A stretch of 64,000 nt of DNA from assembly GCA_950097015.1 (NCBI GenBank), contig CATNEN010000032.1, forward strand, positions 558,001 through 622,000, in the 5' to 3' direction. Below the pieces are notes generated by a model that did no database searches, was not told the origin of the DNA, and saw only the letters and a list, made by a program, of their open reading frames with translations. Positions 11,221 to 23,630 of the stretch are shown one piece after another. Position 1 is the stretch's first letter; each line of letters begins with the position of its first letter. Both the position numbers and the translations under genes were made by a program. Source of the DNA: Macrostomum hystrix (Eukaryota; Animalia; Platyhelminthes).

Positions 11221-13550
11221 ATCTCTTGAAGCCGTGGGTGCCGGCTGCAGCAGAGGTGTGTTAAACGGATTCTGCCTCTCCCAAACGACCATTGCGTCGC
11301 CAGTTCTCGGCCCCTCGGCCTGCTGACTGCCGGTGAAGTCCACGCCTCTGTACTTTATCTCGTCAGCTTCGTCGCTGAGCCGGCAGTTCAACTTGAGCGT
11401 CTCGGAACCGTCCTCCACTTTGACCAGATCGCTGAAGGCCACCTTGTGACTGGGCGATCTTTCGCAGGAGGCCGACTTGAGGCGACGCTGCTGCTGCTGA
11501 TGATGATGAAGCAACAGCTGCTGCAGCTGCTGCTGCTCTGCTGTTGCTGTCGTGACTGCAACGGCAGCAGCGGCGTCGGCTGAAGAATGACGCGCGCGAA
11601 ACGCTGAGCCGCCGTTTGAGTCGCATCGCAGTTGCTCAACTCTGGAGCCAATGGCGTGCTGGCTTAGACGGTTCGTCAGCGCTGCCAGCTCCTGGAGTTG
11701 AGGCAGATTGTGACTGACTGACTGACTGACTGACTGACTGACTGACTGACTGACTGACTGACTGACTGACTGACTGACTGACTGACTGACTGACTGACTG
11801 ACTGACTGACTGACTGACTGACTGACTGACTGACTGACTGACTGACTGACTGACTGACTGACTGACTGACTGACTGACTGACTGACTGACTGACTGACTG
11901 ACTGACTGACTGACTGACTGACTGACTGACTGACTGACTGACTGACTGACTGACTGACTGACTGACTGACTGACTGACTGACTGACTGACTGACTGACTG
12001 ACTGACTGACTGACTGACTGACTGACTGACTGACTGACTGACTGACTGACTGACTGACTGACTGACTGACTGACTGACTGACTGACTGACTGACTGACTG
12101 ACTGACTGACTGACTGACTGACTGACTGACTGACTGACTGACTGACTGACTGACTGACTGACTGACTGAGTGGACAAGCTGTTATTTACAGTAACGAATG
12201 AATTTGCAGTACCATCACTTGTGGATTTCTAGCTGTCTTCAGTTCCATCCTTGGCGTGGGTGACTTCTCTTTTTGACTAACTTGAGACTGCAGCTGCTGC
12301 TGCTGCTGTCTCGGAGTAAGATTGGTGCGATCCAGCTGTACCACATCCGTGTCATTTGACCTGCGGTTTGGAAATTTAAACTGTGAAAATTTTGGGAAAA
12401 AATATATAAGTAAATAATTTCTGATTGACAGGTTTAGCCCACCGCTTGGCCGCATGAATGGCCAGCTCCAAGGAGCGGCAGCGCCTCTGAGCGTCCGCCA
12501 GCGCCTGCCTCGCGGATCCCAGCAAACGGCCGTAGCTGTCCATCTGGGCCCGGCGTTGTTCCAGACGCTCCTCCACTGCCAGCTCGATCTCCGAGTGCAT
12601 CAGGGCTTCATGGCTGGCCAGCATGGTTTGGACAATCTTGACCCGCGCCACGGCGCTCTCGACCAAGTCTTTTGAGTCTGGCGGCTGTGTCTTGTCGGCG
12701 GCGAGTCCCGACTCGAGGTTGGCGAGCAGCGCGCCGATCTCTCGCTGCTGCTCGGTGAATTCCCTGTAGGCGTCCGACAGCGCGTCATCGTTGAGCGACT
12801 CGACGAATTTTGCATTGGACAGCTCGTTCACTCGCTTCTGCAGAAAAGTGCACTTTTATTAAGAGAACATCTGAACGCAGATTGGCTGCTACTTTATGGA
12901 GATTGGAGGATACGGGGCGCTTATTGGCTGCTTTCTTAGCTGAAGTTTGAACTTTCTGAACGTTGATTGGCTACTACTAAAACCGATGCTTCCAGCGGCT
13001 GCGCGCTGACTGGCTGACTACTACTTTATTTTTATTCTTAGCGTTGATTGGCTACAAAAAGCTTCTGGACGATGATTGGATAATGCGTAGTAAAATGTTT
13101 CTGACACCAGCGACTGCAAATTACTTATTCTAGCTCGGGTATCCATAGAGAAATTACACAGATCTCTCCAAGCGCACCTCAATGTCTACCCGAAAGGCGG
13201 CAAACTCGGCGCCTAGTCTAGCGGCGCTGATGCGCGTCTCCTCGGCGCCGACGCTGGCTGACAGGCGGCTGCGCGCCACCGCCTGCTGAAGTGCACGAAG
13301 GCCGCCAACCAGGCTGTGGTTGATAGTCGATGAGTGCAGTTGCTGCGGCACTGCTGTCTCTGTACTGGCTGCTGCTGAAGAGGCTGTTAAAAGTCGATAC
13401 AATTTTAATATAATTTGCCTAAAAGTCTGTTTCCCGCACAGATACTACTCACATCGAGTAGTTTTCGCCTCACCGCTCTTGGTGGAGAACGCGCTGTCCA
13501 AACTGCTCTCGCTAGGCGCATGGCAGCCACAATTAGCTGCTGCCACAGTT

Positions 13551-13591
<41 letters not shown>

Positions 13592-16500
13592 ATTCTGTGA
13601 AGCCTGAGGCCGGGGCCATGCTGATATTGTCGAGGGTCCCTGCAGCTGACGCTTTGGTGGCGGAGGTGGTGTCTGTTGCTGTCTATGGCCCAGCAACTGC
13701 AGGGACGATGATTCTCGACTGTCAGCTGAAAGATGAGAAGAATGTGTAAGCCCGCAAAGTATTGCTAAGATAAACACCGAGCAAGCTGAGGCAACCGGCA
13801 AGCCTATTGTCTGAATTCAATATTCCATTGTATCCAACTTGTTTGCTCAACCAGTCCATTGTACCCACCCCCTTACTGTGCTGTGTGCACTCTCGACTGC
13901 AGAGGAATATTGAGCCCAGCTGAGTGTGTACTCATGATTCTGAGATCGATTTTTGTGCTTATCTCTCTATATAGCAAAGTCTACAATCTCACACGCTGCC
14001 GCTGCGTCCTTCTTCGTCAAGCTTCATTTCCCAGACTCCCAGCAACAAGTGCCTGTCACTCCCTTACCCTTCGCCTGTCCCTCGCGGTCTGTTCGCTTTT
14101 GGTTAATTTGCAAAAAATGATTTCCTTTTCAGAGGTAGGGCGGCTAGTTGGTCCCATTTCCTCTTCTGAGCCTCCTCTGTCCGTGAATAAATACCTTCCC
14201 GGCATCCCCGCTCTGCCCTTTTATCCCGACATTCCCAGATCCCTTGTCGTCCGCTAGTTCGCAGTACTGCGGCGAGTGTAAAGTGGGTACGCGCCCACGA
14301 TATCACACAGCCCATGGGGGGCGGGCAGCGACGGCGTTCTGATTTTGTGAACTTTTTGTGCCTCTCTCGGCTATCCCTAACTGACGGGTGGGGCAGGGAA
14401 TCGAACCATTGTCCGCCCCCGTGGGGGGTGGGCCGGCCACGGGGCGTCAAAGCTCGCGTCAGCTGGCCCCTATAATCCCGCCGGCGCTGCTTAAATCCCA
14501 TTTTTACTATGAGAGGCTGGGGAGAAGTAGCCATCCATATAGGATTGGGCGGACAAGGATGGGAAAACCACGGGATATCGTGTGGGGATTGCCAAACTGG
14601 GTGGGGGGCATTTGGACCGATCCCCCGTCGCCTTGTGGGACAGTTTTTTTCGGACTTTTCCACTGCAGAATAGGCGCCCCAGGGCCTTCCAATCACACCA
14701 CGCCTAGATGGCTGGGGATTAGAATTCGCGGCGTTAAGCGCATCACAAAACTGGCAGACCCCACTTTCGGTGTCTTTCGCGAGTGAAAATTTAATCAGTT
14801 GCTTAAGAAGCCGTGTCTGCGCGCCAAGTACGCATCAACGGTACTTTTCCTCCCGAAGATAGGGGGACTGATCTAGGCTTTTTATTACTCAGTACTTTGT
14901 TGTGACTGGCAGCTAAATATTGGATATTTGTTCAAGATTAGGAGTTTGCATAAGAATATTTCTTACAAATTGAGGTTTCTGTGATCAGCGAATGAAGCAG
15001 CTGCTGCTGCTGCTGCGGCAGTGGCGGTAGCGGAGGGCAGGTGCAGGTGCACACAGCGGGGTAGGCATGCAGTCTGGGATCTGGCTGCGAGGATGCCATA
15101 AATGCAGCCGAGTCGTAGCTTCTTGAGCAGTCAAATTCCGATTGCGTTGTAGGTTCAACGATTTTGAGAATGCAATTCGGCCGGACATCGCTGCGGAGTT
15201 GTGGGCGGGCGGTGTAGCTGGGCGTTGTGACGATTGCAATTTAGATTGGGGGAGTGACACCTGAATAATGGAGTGAGAGACACCTGAATAATGGAATGAG
15301 AGACACCTGAATAATGGAGTGAGAGACACCTGAATAATGGAGTGAGAGACACCTGAATAATGGAATGAGAGACACCTGAATAATGGAGGGAGTGACACCT
15401 GAATAATGGAGGGAGAGACACCTGAATAATGGAGTGAGAGACACCTGAATAATGGAGTGAGAGACACCTGAATAATGGAGGGAGAGACACCTGAATAATG
15501 GAGGGAGTGACACCTGAATAATGGAGGGAGTGACACCTGAATAATGGAGTGAGAGACACCTAAATAATGGACGGAGTGACACCTGAATAATGGAGTGAGA
15601 GACACCTGAATAATGGAGGGAGTGACACCTGAATAATGGAGGGAGTGACACCTGAATAATGGAGGGAGTGACACCTGAATAATGGAGGGAGTGACACCTG
15701 AATAATGGAGTGAGAGACACCTGTATAATGGAGGGAGTGACACCTGAATAATGGAGGGAGTGACACCTGAATAATGGAGTGAGAGACACCTGAATAATGG
15801 AGTGAGAGACACCTGAATAATGGAGTGAGAGACACCTGAATAATGGAGTGAGAGACACCTGAATAATGGAGGGAGTGACACCTGAATAATGGAAGGAGAG
15901 ACACCTGAATAATGGAGTGAGAGACACCTGAATAATGGAAGGAGAGACACTTGAATAATGGAGTGAGAGACACCTGAATAATGGAGGGAGTGACACCTGA
16001 ACAATGGAGTGAGTGACACCTGAATAATGGAGTGAGAGACACCTGAATAATGGAGGGAGTGACACCTGAATAATGGAGGGAGTGACACCTGAATAATGGA
16101 GTGAGAGACACCTGAATAATGGAGTGAGAGACACCTGAATAATGGAGTGAGAGACACCTGAATAATGGAGGGAGTGACACCTGAATAATGGAGGGAGTGA
16201 CACCTGAATAATGGAGTGAGAGACACCTGAATAATGGAGTGAGAGACACCTGAATAATGGAGTGAGAGACACCTGAATAATGGAGGGAGTGACACCTGAA
16301 TAATGGAAGGAGAGACACTTGAATAATGGAGGGAGTGACACCTGAATAATGGAAGGAGAGACACTTGAATAATGGAGTGAGAGACACCTGAATAATGGAG
16401 TGAGAGACACCTGAATAATGGAAGGAGTGACACCTGAATAATGGAAGGAGAGACACTTGAATAATGGAGGGAGTGACACCTGAATAATGGAGGGAGTGAC

Positions 16501-19500
16501 ACCTGAATAATGGAGTGAGAGACACCTGAATAATGGAAGGAGAGACACTTGAATAATGGAGGGAGTGACACCTGAATCGTGTAGTGACGCCTGAAAAATG
16601 GAGGGACGCCTGAAAAATGGAGGGAGTGACACCTGAATAATGAAGTGAGAGACACCTGAATAATGGAGTGAGAGACACCTGAATAATGGAGGGAGTGACA
16701 CCTGAATAATGGAGGGAGTGACACCTGAATAATGGAGTGAGAGACACCTGAATAATGGAGGGAGTGACACCTGAATAATGGAGTGAGAGACACCTGAATA
16801 ATGGAGTGAGAGACACCTGAATATTGGAGGGAGTGACACCTGAATAATGGAAGGAGAGACACTTGAATAATGGAGGGAGTGACACCTGAATAATGGAAGG
16901 AGAGACACTTGAATAATGGAGTGAGAGACACCTGAATAATGGAGTGAGAGACACCTGAATAATGGAAGGAGTGACACCTGAATAATGGAAGGAGAGACAC
17001 TTGAATAATGGAGGGAGTGACACCTGAATAATGGAGGGAGTGACACCTGAATAATGGAGTGAGAGACACCTGAATAATGGAAGGAGAGACACTTGAATAA
17101 TGGAGGGAGTGACACCTGAATCGTGTAGTGACGCCTGAAAAATGGAGGGACGCCTGAAAAATGGAGGGAGTGACACCTGAATAATGGAGTGAGAGACACC
17201 TGAATAATGGAGTGAGAGACACCTGAATAATGGAGGGAGTGACACCTGAATAATGGAGGGAGTGACACCTGAATAATGGAGTGAGAGACACCTGAATAAT
17301 GGAGGGAGTGACACCTGAATAATGGAGTGAGAGACACCTGAATAATGGAGTGAGAGACACCTGAATAATGGAGGGAGTGACACCTGAATAATGGAAGGAG
17401 AGACACTTGAATAATGGAGGGAGTGACACCTGAATAATGGAGGGAGTGACACCTGAATAATGGAGGGAGTGACACCCGAATAATGGAAGGAGAGACACCT
17501 GAATAATGGAGGGAGTGACACCTGAATAATGGAGGAAGTAACACCTGAATAATGGAGTGAGAGACACCTGAATAATGGAGGGAGTGACACCTGAATAATG
17601 GAGTGAGAGACACCTGAATAATGGAGTGAGAGACACCTGAATAATGGAGGGAGTGACACCTGAATAATGGAAGGAGAGACACTTGAATAATGGAGTGAGA
17701 GACACCTGAATAATGGAGTGAGAGACACCTGAATAATGGAGGGAGTGACACCTGAATAATGGAGGGAGTGACACCTGAATAATGGAGTGAGAGACACCTG
17801 AATAATGGAAGGAGAGACACTTGAATAATGGAGGGAGTGACACCTGAATCGTGTAGTGACGCCTGAAAAATGGAGGGACGCCTGAAAAATGGAGGGAGTG
17901 ACACCTGAATAATGGAGTGAGAGACACCTGAATAATGGAGTGAGAGACACCTGAATAATGGAGGGAGTGACACCTGAATAATGGAGGGAGTGACACCTGA
18001 ATAATGGAGTGAGAGACACCTGAATAATGGAGGGAGTGACACCTGAATAATGGAGTGAGAGACACCTGAATAATGGAGTGAGAGACACCTGAATAATGGA
18101 GGGAGTGACACCTGAATAATGGAAGGAGAGACACTTGAATAATGGAGGGAGTGACACCTGAATAATGGAAGGAGAGACACTTGAATAATGGAGTGAGAGA
18201 CACCTGAATAATGGAGTGAGAGACACCTGAATAATGGAAGGAGTGACACCTGAATAATGGAAGGAGAGACACTTGAATAATGGAGGGAGTGACACCTGAA
18301 TAATGGAGGGAGTGACACCTGAATAATGGAGTGAGAGACACCTGAATAATGGAAGGAGAGACACTTGAATAATGGAGGGAGTGACACCTGAATCGTGTAG
18401 TGACGCCTGAAAAATGGAGGGACGCCTGAAAAATGGAGGGAGTGACACCTGAATAATGGAGTGAGAGACACCTGAATAATGGAGTGAGAGACACCTGAAT
18501 AATGGAGGGAGTGACACCTGAATAATGGAGGGAGTGACACCTGAATAATGGAGTGAGAGACACCTGAATAATGGAGGGAGTGACACCTGAATAATGGAGT
18601 GAGAGACACCTGAATAATGGAGTGAGAGACACCTGAATAATGGAGGGAGTGACACCTGAATAATGGAAGGAGAGACACTTGAATAATGGAGTGAGAGACA
18701 CCTGAATAATGGAGGGAGTGACACCTGAATAATGGAGTGAGAGACACCTGAATAATGGAGTGAGAGACACCTGAATAATGGAGGGAGTGACACCTGAATA
18801 ATGGAAGGAGAGACACCTGAATAATGGAGGGAGTGACACCTGAATAATGGAGGGAGTGACACCTGAATAATGGAGGAAGTAACACCTGAATCGTGTAGTG
18901 ACGCCTGAAAAACGGAGGGACATCTGAAAAATGAAGGGACACCTGGTGCCCATTTTACAGATGGGTGAAATGAAGCACTAGAGAATTAAGTGTCTTAATC
19001 AGGGACAAAAATTGTTTCCATTTTGGACTGAGACTCGAGCTCCCGACCTCTCTCAGTCAGAAGTTCAAAGCTCCCCTTTAGGTGGGCTGGGCGGGTAATA
19101 TCGAGTTGTATTCACGCCGCTTCGCTCACAGAATCGATTTCGCCGTCATCTCTTTCATAAATTATTAATTAAAGCAATGCAGAGCTACCGCCCTCACCGG
19201 ATGTCCTCCAATTCGTAGAACACCTCCCGACAGAGCTTGTCCTGAATGTACACCCGCCGCTGGGCGTTCTCGGCGAACCACTGGGCGGCGTCGCCGGCTG
19301 GAATCCACTGGGGAAACGCCCGGCCGAACAGCGCCTTGACCGAGTCCACCGAGGCTAGCTTGGCCGGCAGCTGCACCCGCTTGACATTATCGCGAAAGAT
19401 TAGAAAGACCGGGCCTGCCATGGATTGCAGGATCAGAGGGAGAGGGGATGGCTCTGGGGCATCAATCAAACTCAGCTGCCGCTAGCGAGATATCGAGAAA

Positions 19501-20788
19501 AAAAACTGTGTAGATCGAATATCAATTTTCAGAGGGAGCTGTCCCTATTTTTAGACTTCTTCATGGATGTCCATGGACTGGGCACAATACCCACACCCAA
19601 AACTCATATTTTTGTCAGTCGGAAGCTACAATATTTAAATCCAATTAACAATCGGCGATTTTCGCCCACCAATCGAAGCCGCCTTAGAGTTCTTGTTTCG
19701 TCGAATGGCAAACAGGCTCAGGCCGGAGCTGCTCTTGCCAGGCTTGACTGTCGAAGACTTGCTGGCCGGCTGCAGCTCGTTTACATTGCCTAGACTGGCT
19801 GCGCTGGCCAGTTCCGCATTGACGCAGTAGAGATAGCGGCTGTCCGGCGCGCCCTGCTTGGTATTTTATTTCCGGAATTAGTTTTTTCAGTAACGACATT
19901 CGGAGCAACAGCAAGTACCACTAGAAGAAGAAGGACGGGACACTTAGTTTCTTGGAAAAAAAATTAAGGCTGTTTTTCTCGGAAAAATGCACTAGTGAGA
20001 TAGGAACCTTTCACGTACGCATTTCCTATTAATATGTTGATAACTTTTCATGAAAAGCAGATCAAATGCCGTTCTTTTAATATATCTCGCAAAACATGTT
20101 ACTTCAACAAGTTTTAGAAAGCTTCATTGATGAATAATTGATTTTCATTATATTTTTGCTTACTTTATATGCAGCACAATAGCCAGTCAATCTATTCTCG
20201 TGACTAACTCAATTTTACAGTCTTTATATAGTCTTCACATATTTCCTTACACTATAGTTCCTATAATAGTATGTTCCTTTTCGTATTAAGCTCCTAAAGA
20301 TGGGATAGTATAAAAATAACTGTACAGTGTCCGTTGTACAGTGCCTATTTGAAATTATCTGCTGTACAATTTCCAAAGTGCAACACAAAAAGTACATAAT
20401 ATTGAAGTACATAATACACTTTTGTACCGTATCTAAAGTACATAACTTAAAGTGCAGTGTCTGTTGTGCGCTAGTCTCTGGCCAAATCCATAGTATGTTA
20501 TCTCTTGCATAGAAACAAATTTGTGTTTACCCGAGATCTCTGATTAGCATAGCTACTCAACAGCGGACTGGCCGGAGTGCTGTTCACACTGCCCCCGCCG
20601 CCTCCGATGGCTGCCAGTCTCTCGCGCCATCCGCCACCGCCGCCGCTGCCGCCGAAGCTCGCGAATCCGGCAGCGTCCTCCGAAGTGACGGAGCCCGATC
20701 TGGCGTGTCTGTTGGCAACAGCCGCACCTGCTAGAGCTGCCGCGGCTGTCATAGTCAGCTGCCCGGAGCCCGGTCGGCTCTGCGGCTC
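11104..20788 (-). CDS. SRCIN1/KIAA1217 (p140Cap / sickle tail, AIP3-like domain) family coiled-coil protein, at least 9 exons; 5' end unresolved
   Basis: Exons 20531-20788, about 19670-19853, 19198-19475, 14967-15190, 13453-13725, about 13161-13383, 12443-12837, 12219-12360, 11104-11691. GT-AG phases match at most junctions; the junction near 19670 was not resolved. GPVFLIFRDNVKRVQLPAKLASVDSVKALFGRAFP...VYIQDKLCREVFYELEDIR|DVRPNCILKI resembles the conserved SRCIN1/KIAA1217 block. Coiled-coil exon, polyQ C-terminus, AATAAA just after the stop. Confidence 0.8.
11711..12169. repeat. (CTGA)n microsatellite, about 115 perfect units, filling most of the last intron of the SRCIN1-like gene
   Basis: Direct reading; the SQSV-repeat start of ORF 11104-12177 is an artefact of it. 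Confidence 0.98.
15251..18940. repeat. 23-bp satellite (ACCTGAATAATGGAG-TGAGA/GGAGT-GAC), about 160 copies, 3.7 kb, with higher-order structure, intronic
   Basis: Tandem units; a marker variant TCGTGTAGTGACGCCTGAAAA recurs at about 16578, 17122, 17850, 18394 and 18892. Explains the 1100-1322 aa minus-strand ORFs. Confidence 0.97.
18945..19080 (-). mobile_element. Degenerate tRNA-derived SINE with CORE-like domain
   Basis: Minus strand AAGACACTTAATTCTCTAGTGCTTCATTTCACCCATCTGTAAAATGGG resembles the MIR/CORE consensus and the copy at 24.9 kb; decayed B box GAGCTCGAGTC. Confidence 0.65.
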
Positions 20789-21084
20789 CTGAACGATGTT
20801 GGCGTTGAAATGATTACAAACATTAGACTTGTGACTGCATTGAAGTAATTTAGGACAGGTGATGATATCAAAATACTGTAAGCTACATTTTTTTAAATCA
20901 ATACTTCGTTTAAAGTTTTGACTGTTTCTGGACCATTACATAATAAATAATAATAACTGCAGGAGGGCTGCGGGCAATGGTACATCCTTTGGTGACAGTG
21001 AACCCGCAGCTAGCCAGGAGGCAATTCTGCCCATTCCGCTGACTCTTGAGCACACGCGCACACAGATGCCGTACGCAGGCATAC

Positions 21085-21290
21085 GCTCACACAGGTATGT
21101 ACATCTGCCCTGACTTTCTCATCATCAGGCAGTGTACACTTTCACTGTGCCTTGGAGGTTTGCCCTCATGGGCGTAAATTGTTCGGTGAATTCCCAAGCC
21201 TTCTCTCCGCGGCTGCGCCCCAAACGCCGCGGAATCGAGCTCAGGGACCTTGGTGCGAGAGGCAAACGCGTTAACCGCTCTTCCACTCAC
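21085..21290 (-). mobile_element. Probable second family of tRNA-derived SINE, degenerate
   Basis: Minus strand A-box-like TGGAAGAGCGG and B-box-like AGCTCGATTCC at tRNA-like spacing, followed by a non-tRNA body. Confidence 0.4.
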
Positions 21291-22029
21291 CACCCAGATT
21301 ATTTCAAATGCATTGAAATATATAAATGTAGAGAATAAGATGTACTTCTGCCGAGGCCCATTTCAAAATAGACAGGCAATTTTTATTTATCTTAAGCAAC
21401 AATGGCTAGCTTGAGCTTCTAATCTCTGTGTACATTGGTGCGCTTTCATCGTGATGACAACTTCCAAGACTTTTAACATCGCCTGTCTAAGCCCTGTATT
21501 CATGATATTGTTTGACTGAGCAGAGCAAACCAGAGTTACGTTAGTCGTGCTTGCATTGTGGCGCTTGCCCTCCCACCCTGAGTAATTCCTGTTCTCTACA
21601 TAAGTGAGTAGGATGAGGAATGAATCTTCTTATTCAACGCGGCTGATCCCATTGTATTTGTCGCAAAGCGGCTTTTGCATGCATGCATACATATGGTTGA
21701 GTAGCTCAAGTGTGAATGGAGCTGCCGGTTGCTTAGGCCCTCCTCCGCTGCTAAGTGGAAGCCCTGCTAGAAGAAATAAAAGAAGAATAGGCAAGAACTG
21801 TGATTAGCTCACTTCGCTGCCGCTGCTTGTCGGTCTAACTGTTATAAATTTGATATGTCAGGTAAAAACTATTACAATCATTTGAGCCCGCTGCAGTGTT
21901 CCATACTTCAGTTGGAGCACTTTTTAATGGTGAATTATTGTGATTCTTGCGGGCTAGAGTAATGACTTATTCTAAAAATAACCTCCATGTTATTATGACT
22001 CCTACTATTTTCAAACTACGTGCAATCTA

Positions 22030-22195
22030 TAAATAGAAAGCTGTGTGATGACTCACGCTATTCTTAAACTGAATTCGAACTAAAAATAGAAACTTGTGAG
22101 ATGACTCACGCTATTCTTGGACTGCCTGTGATTTAAAAATAGAAACTTGTGAGATGACTCACGCTATTCTTGGACTGCCTGTGATTTAAAAATAA
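22030..22195. repeat. 53-bp tandem repeat, 3 copies, each with TGACTCA (AP-1 consensus)
   Basis: TGACTCA at 22049, 22102 and 22155, spaced exactly 53 bp. Confidence 0.85.
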
Positions 22196-23002
22196 AACAT
22201 TTCGTGATAACCTGGTAACTTTTTAGAAATTTCAGATATACTCGTACTCGTTGAATTGCAGAAAAATATTCACGTGCTTGCAAACGCAATAGACCCACAA
22301 TTCCCACAATCGATTAGGCCCTAGCTAATATTCTAACCTACATTTCCGTCTTAATTTTTCGTCCTATAAACACCTAAAGCCGAAAATGTTGAAATAGACA
22401 TAAATGGGGCACGCATTATCCGGCAGTGCGCCATAACACTCGGCCTCCTGCCGCTGGCCCATCGGCGCCATTCCGGTTCGCATTCCCAAACGGATCGAAA
22501 TGGGCCGCTTGTTGGCCAAAAGAGGAGAATAAATCCGCCCCTAACCCCCAGGGCAGGTTACAGGGGCTGGCAATGCGGCGAAGGAGTGGAGAGGTCGGTG
22601 GCGGCAAGTGGCTCTCTGGCAGCCGAGATGCTGCTCCGGTTGAGTGAGAGTGTGAGAGAGAAAAATGGAGAAATCAGAAGCGCGCAAAAGCGAAGGCGGA
22701 GCGGCAGATTGCGAAAGACTTTGGAGTGCATGCTGAGCAGAAGAGGCAGCAACAGCAGCAGCAGCAGCAGGCTAAGAGTTGCTGCCAGCGAGTCTTTTTC
22801 TCCTATTTTGAGGGGCCGGGCCCGTTCCCCGCTTGTGTTTTCTTCACTTCCCATCTCGTCTAGCCTCGCACTTGTGAAATAGGGGAGGAATTCTCATCCT
22901 TTCTCTCGCGCTATCTTCTTCTCCTCAAGATGCTCCCCAGGGGAGCGAGCGACTGAGAAGTGCCCGGCCAAAGGCGGCAAAAGCTTCAACAGCGGCTGGG
23001 GT

Positions 23003-23044
<42 letters not shown>

Positions 23045-23182
23045 TCTAGCAGTCATCCTTCCGTCCTTCTGCCTGGTCAGATGCTCGGGTTTTTTCTTCG
23101 GCCAGGAATCAGCCGGGCAGACTGCTAAGCGGCACCTTAGCAAATTGAAAACTGCGCAAACTGAAGCAATGGTCCTGAGCGC

Positions 23183-23630
23183 TAGGAATGAAGGGAGACA
23201 GTACTAGGAATGAAGGGAGACAGTACTAGGAATGCAGGGAGGTAGCACTAGAAATTAAAGGAGACAGTTCTAGGGATGCAGGGAGACAGTTCTAGGAATG
23301 CAGGGAGACAGTACTAGGAATGCAGGGAGACAGTACTAGGAATGAAGGGAGGTAGCACTAGGAATGCAGGGAGACAGTACTAGGAATACAGGGAGGTAGC
23401 ACTAGGAATGCAAGGAGACAGTATTAGGAATGCAGGGAGGTAGCACTAGGAATGCAGGGAGACATTACTAGGAATGCAGGGAGACAGTACTAGGAATGAA
23501 GGGAGGTAGCACTAGGAATGCAGGGAGACAGTACTAGGAATACAGGGAGGTAGCACTAGGAATGCAAGGAGACAGTATTAGGAATGCAGGGAGGTAGCAC
23601 TAGGAATGCAGGGAGACAGTTCTAGGGATG
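23183..23630. repeat. 22-bp minisatellite (TAGGAATGCAGGGAGACAGTAC), about 20 copies
   Basis: Tandem units with GACAGT/GGTAGC variants. Confidence 0.95.

Noticed and set aside
14270-14800. GC-rich intronic insert with an isolated B box (GGTTCGATTCC on minus near 14400)
   Set aside because: No convincing A box, terminal repeats or recognisable protein motif; left unassigned
14985-18953. 1100-1322 aa minus-strand ORFs
   Set aside because: The same peptide appears in all three frames because the 23-bp unit lacks stops; the true exon (14967-15190) is in a frame the track does not list there
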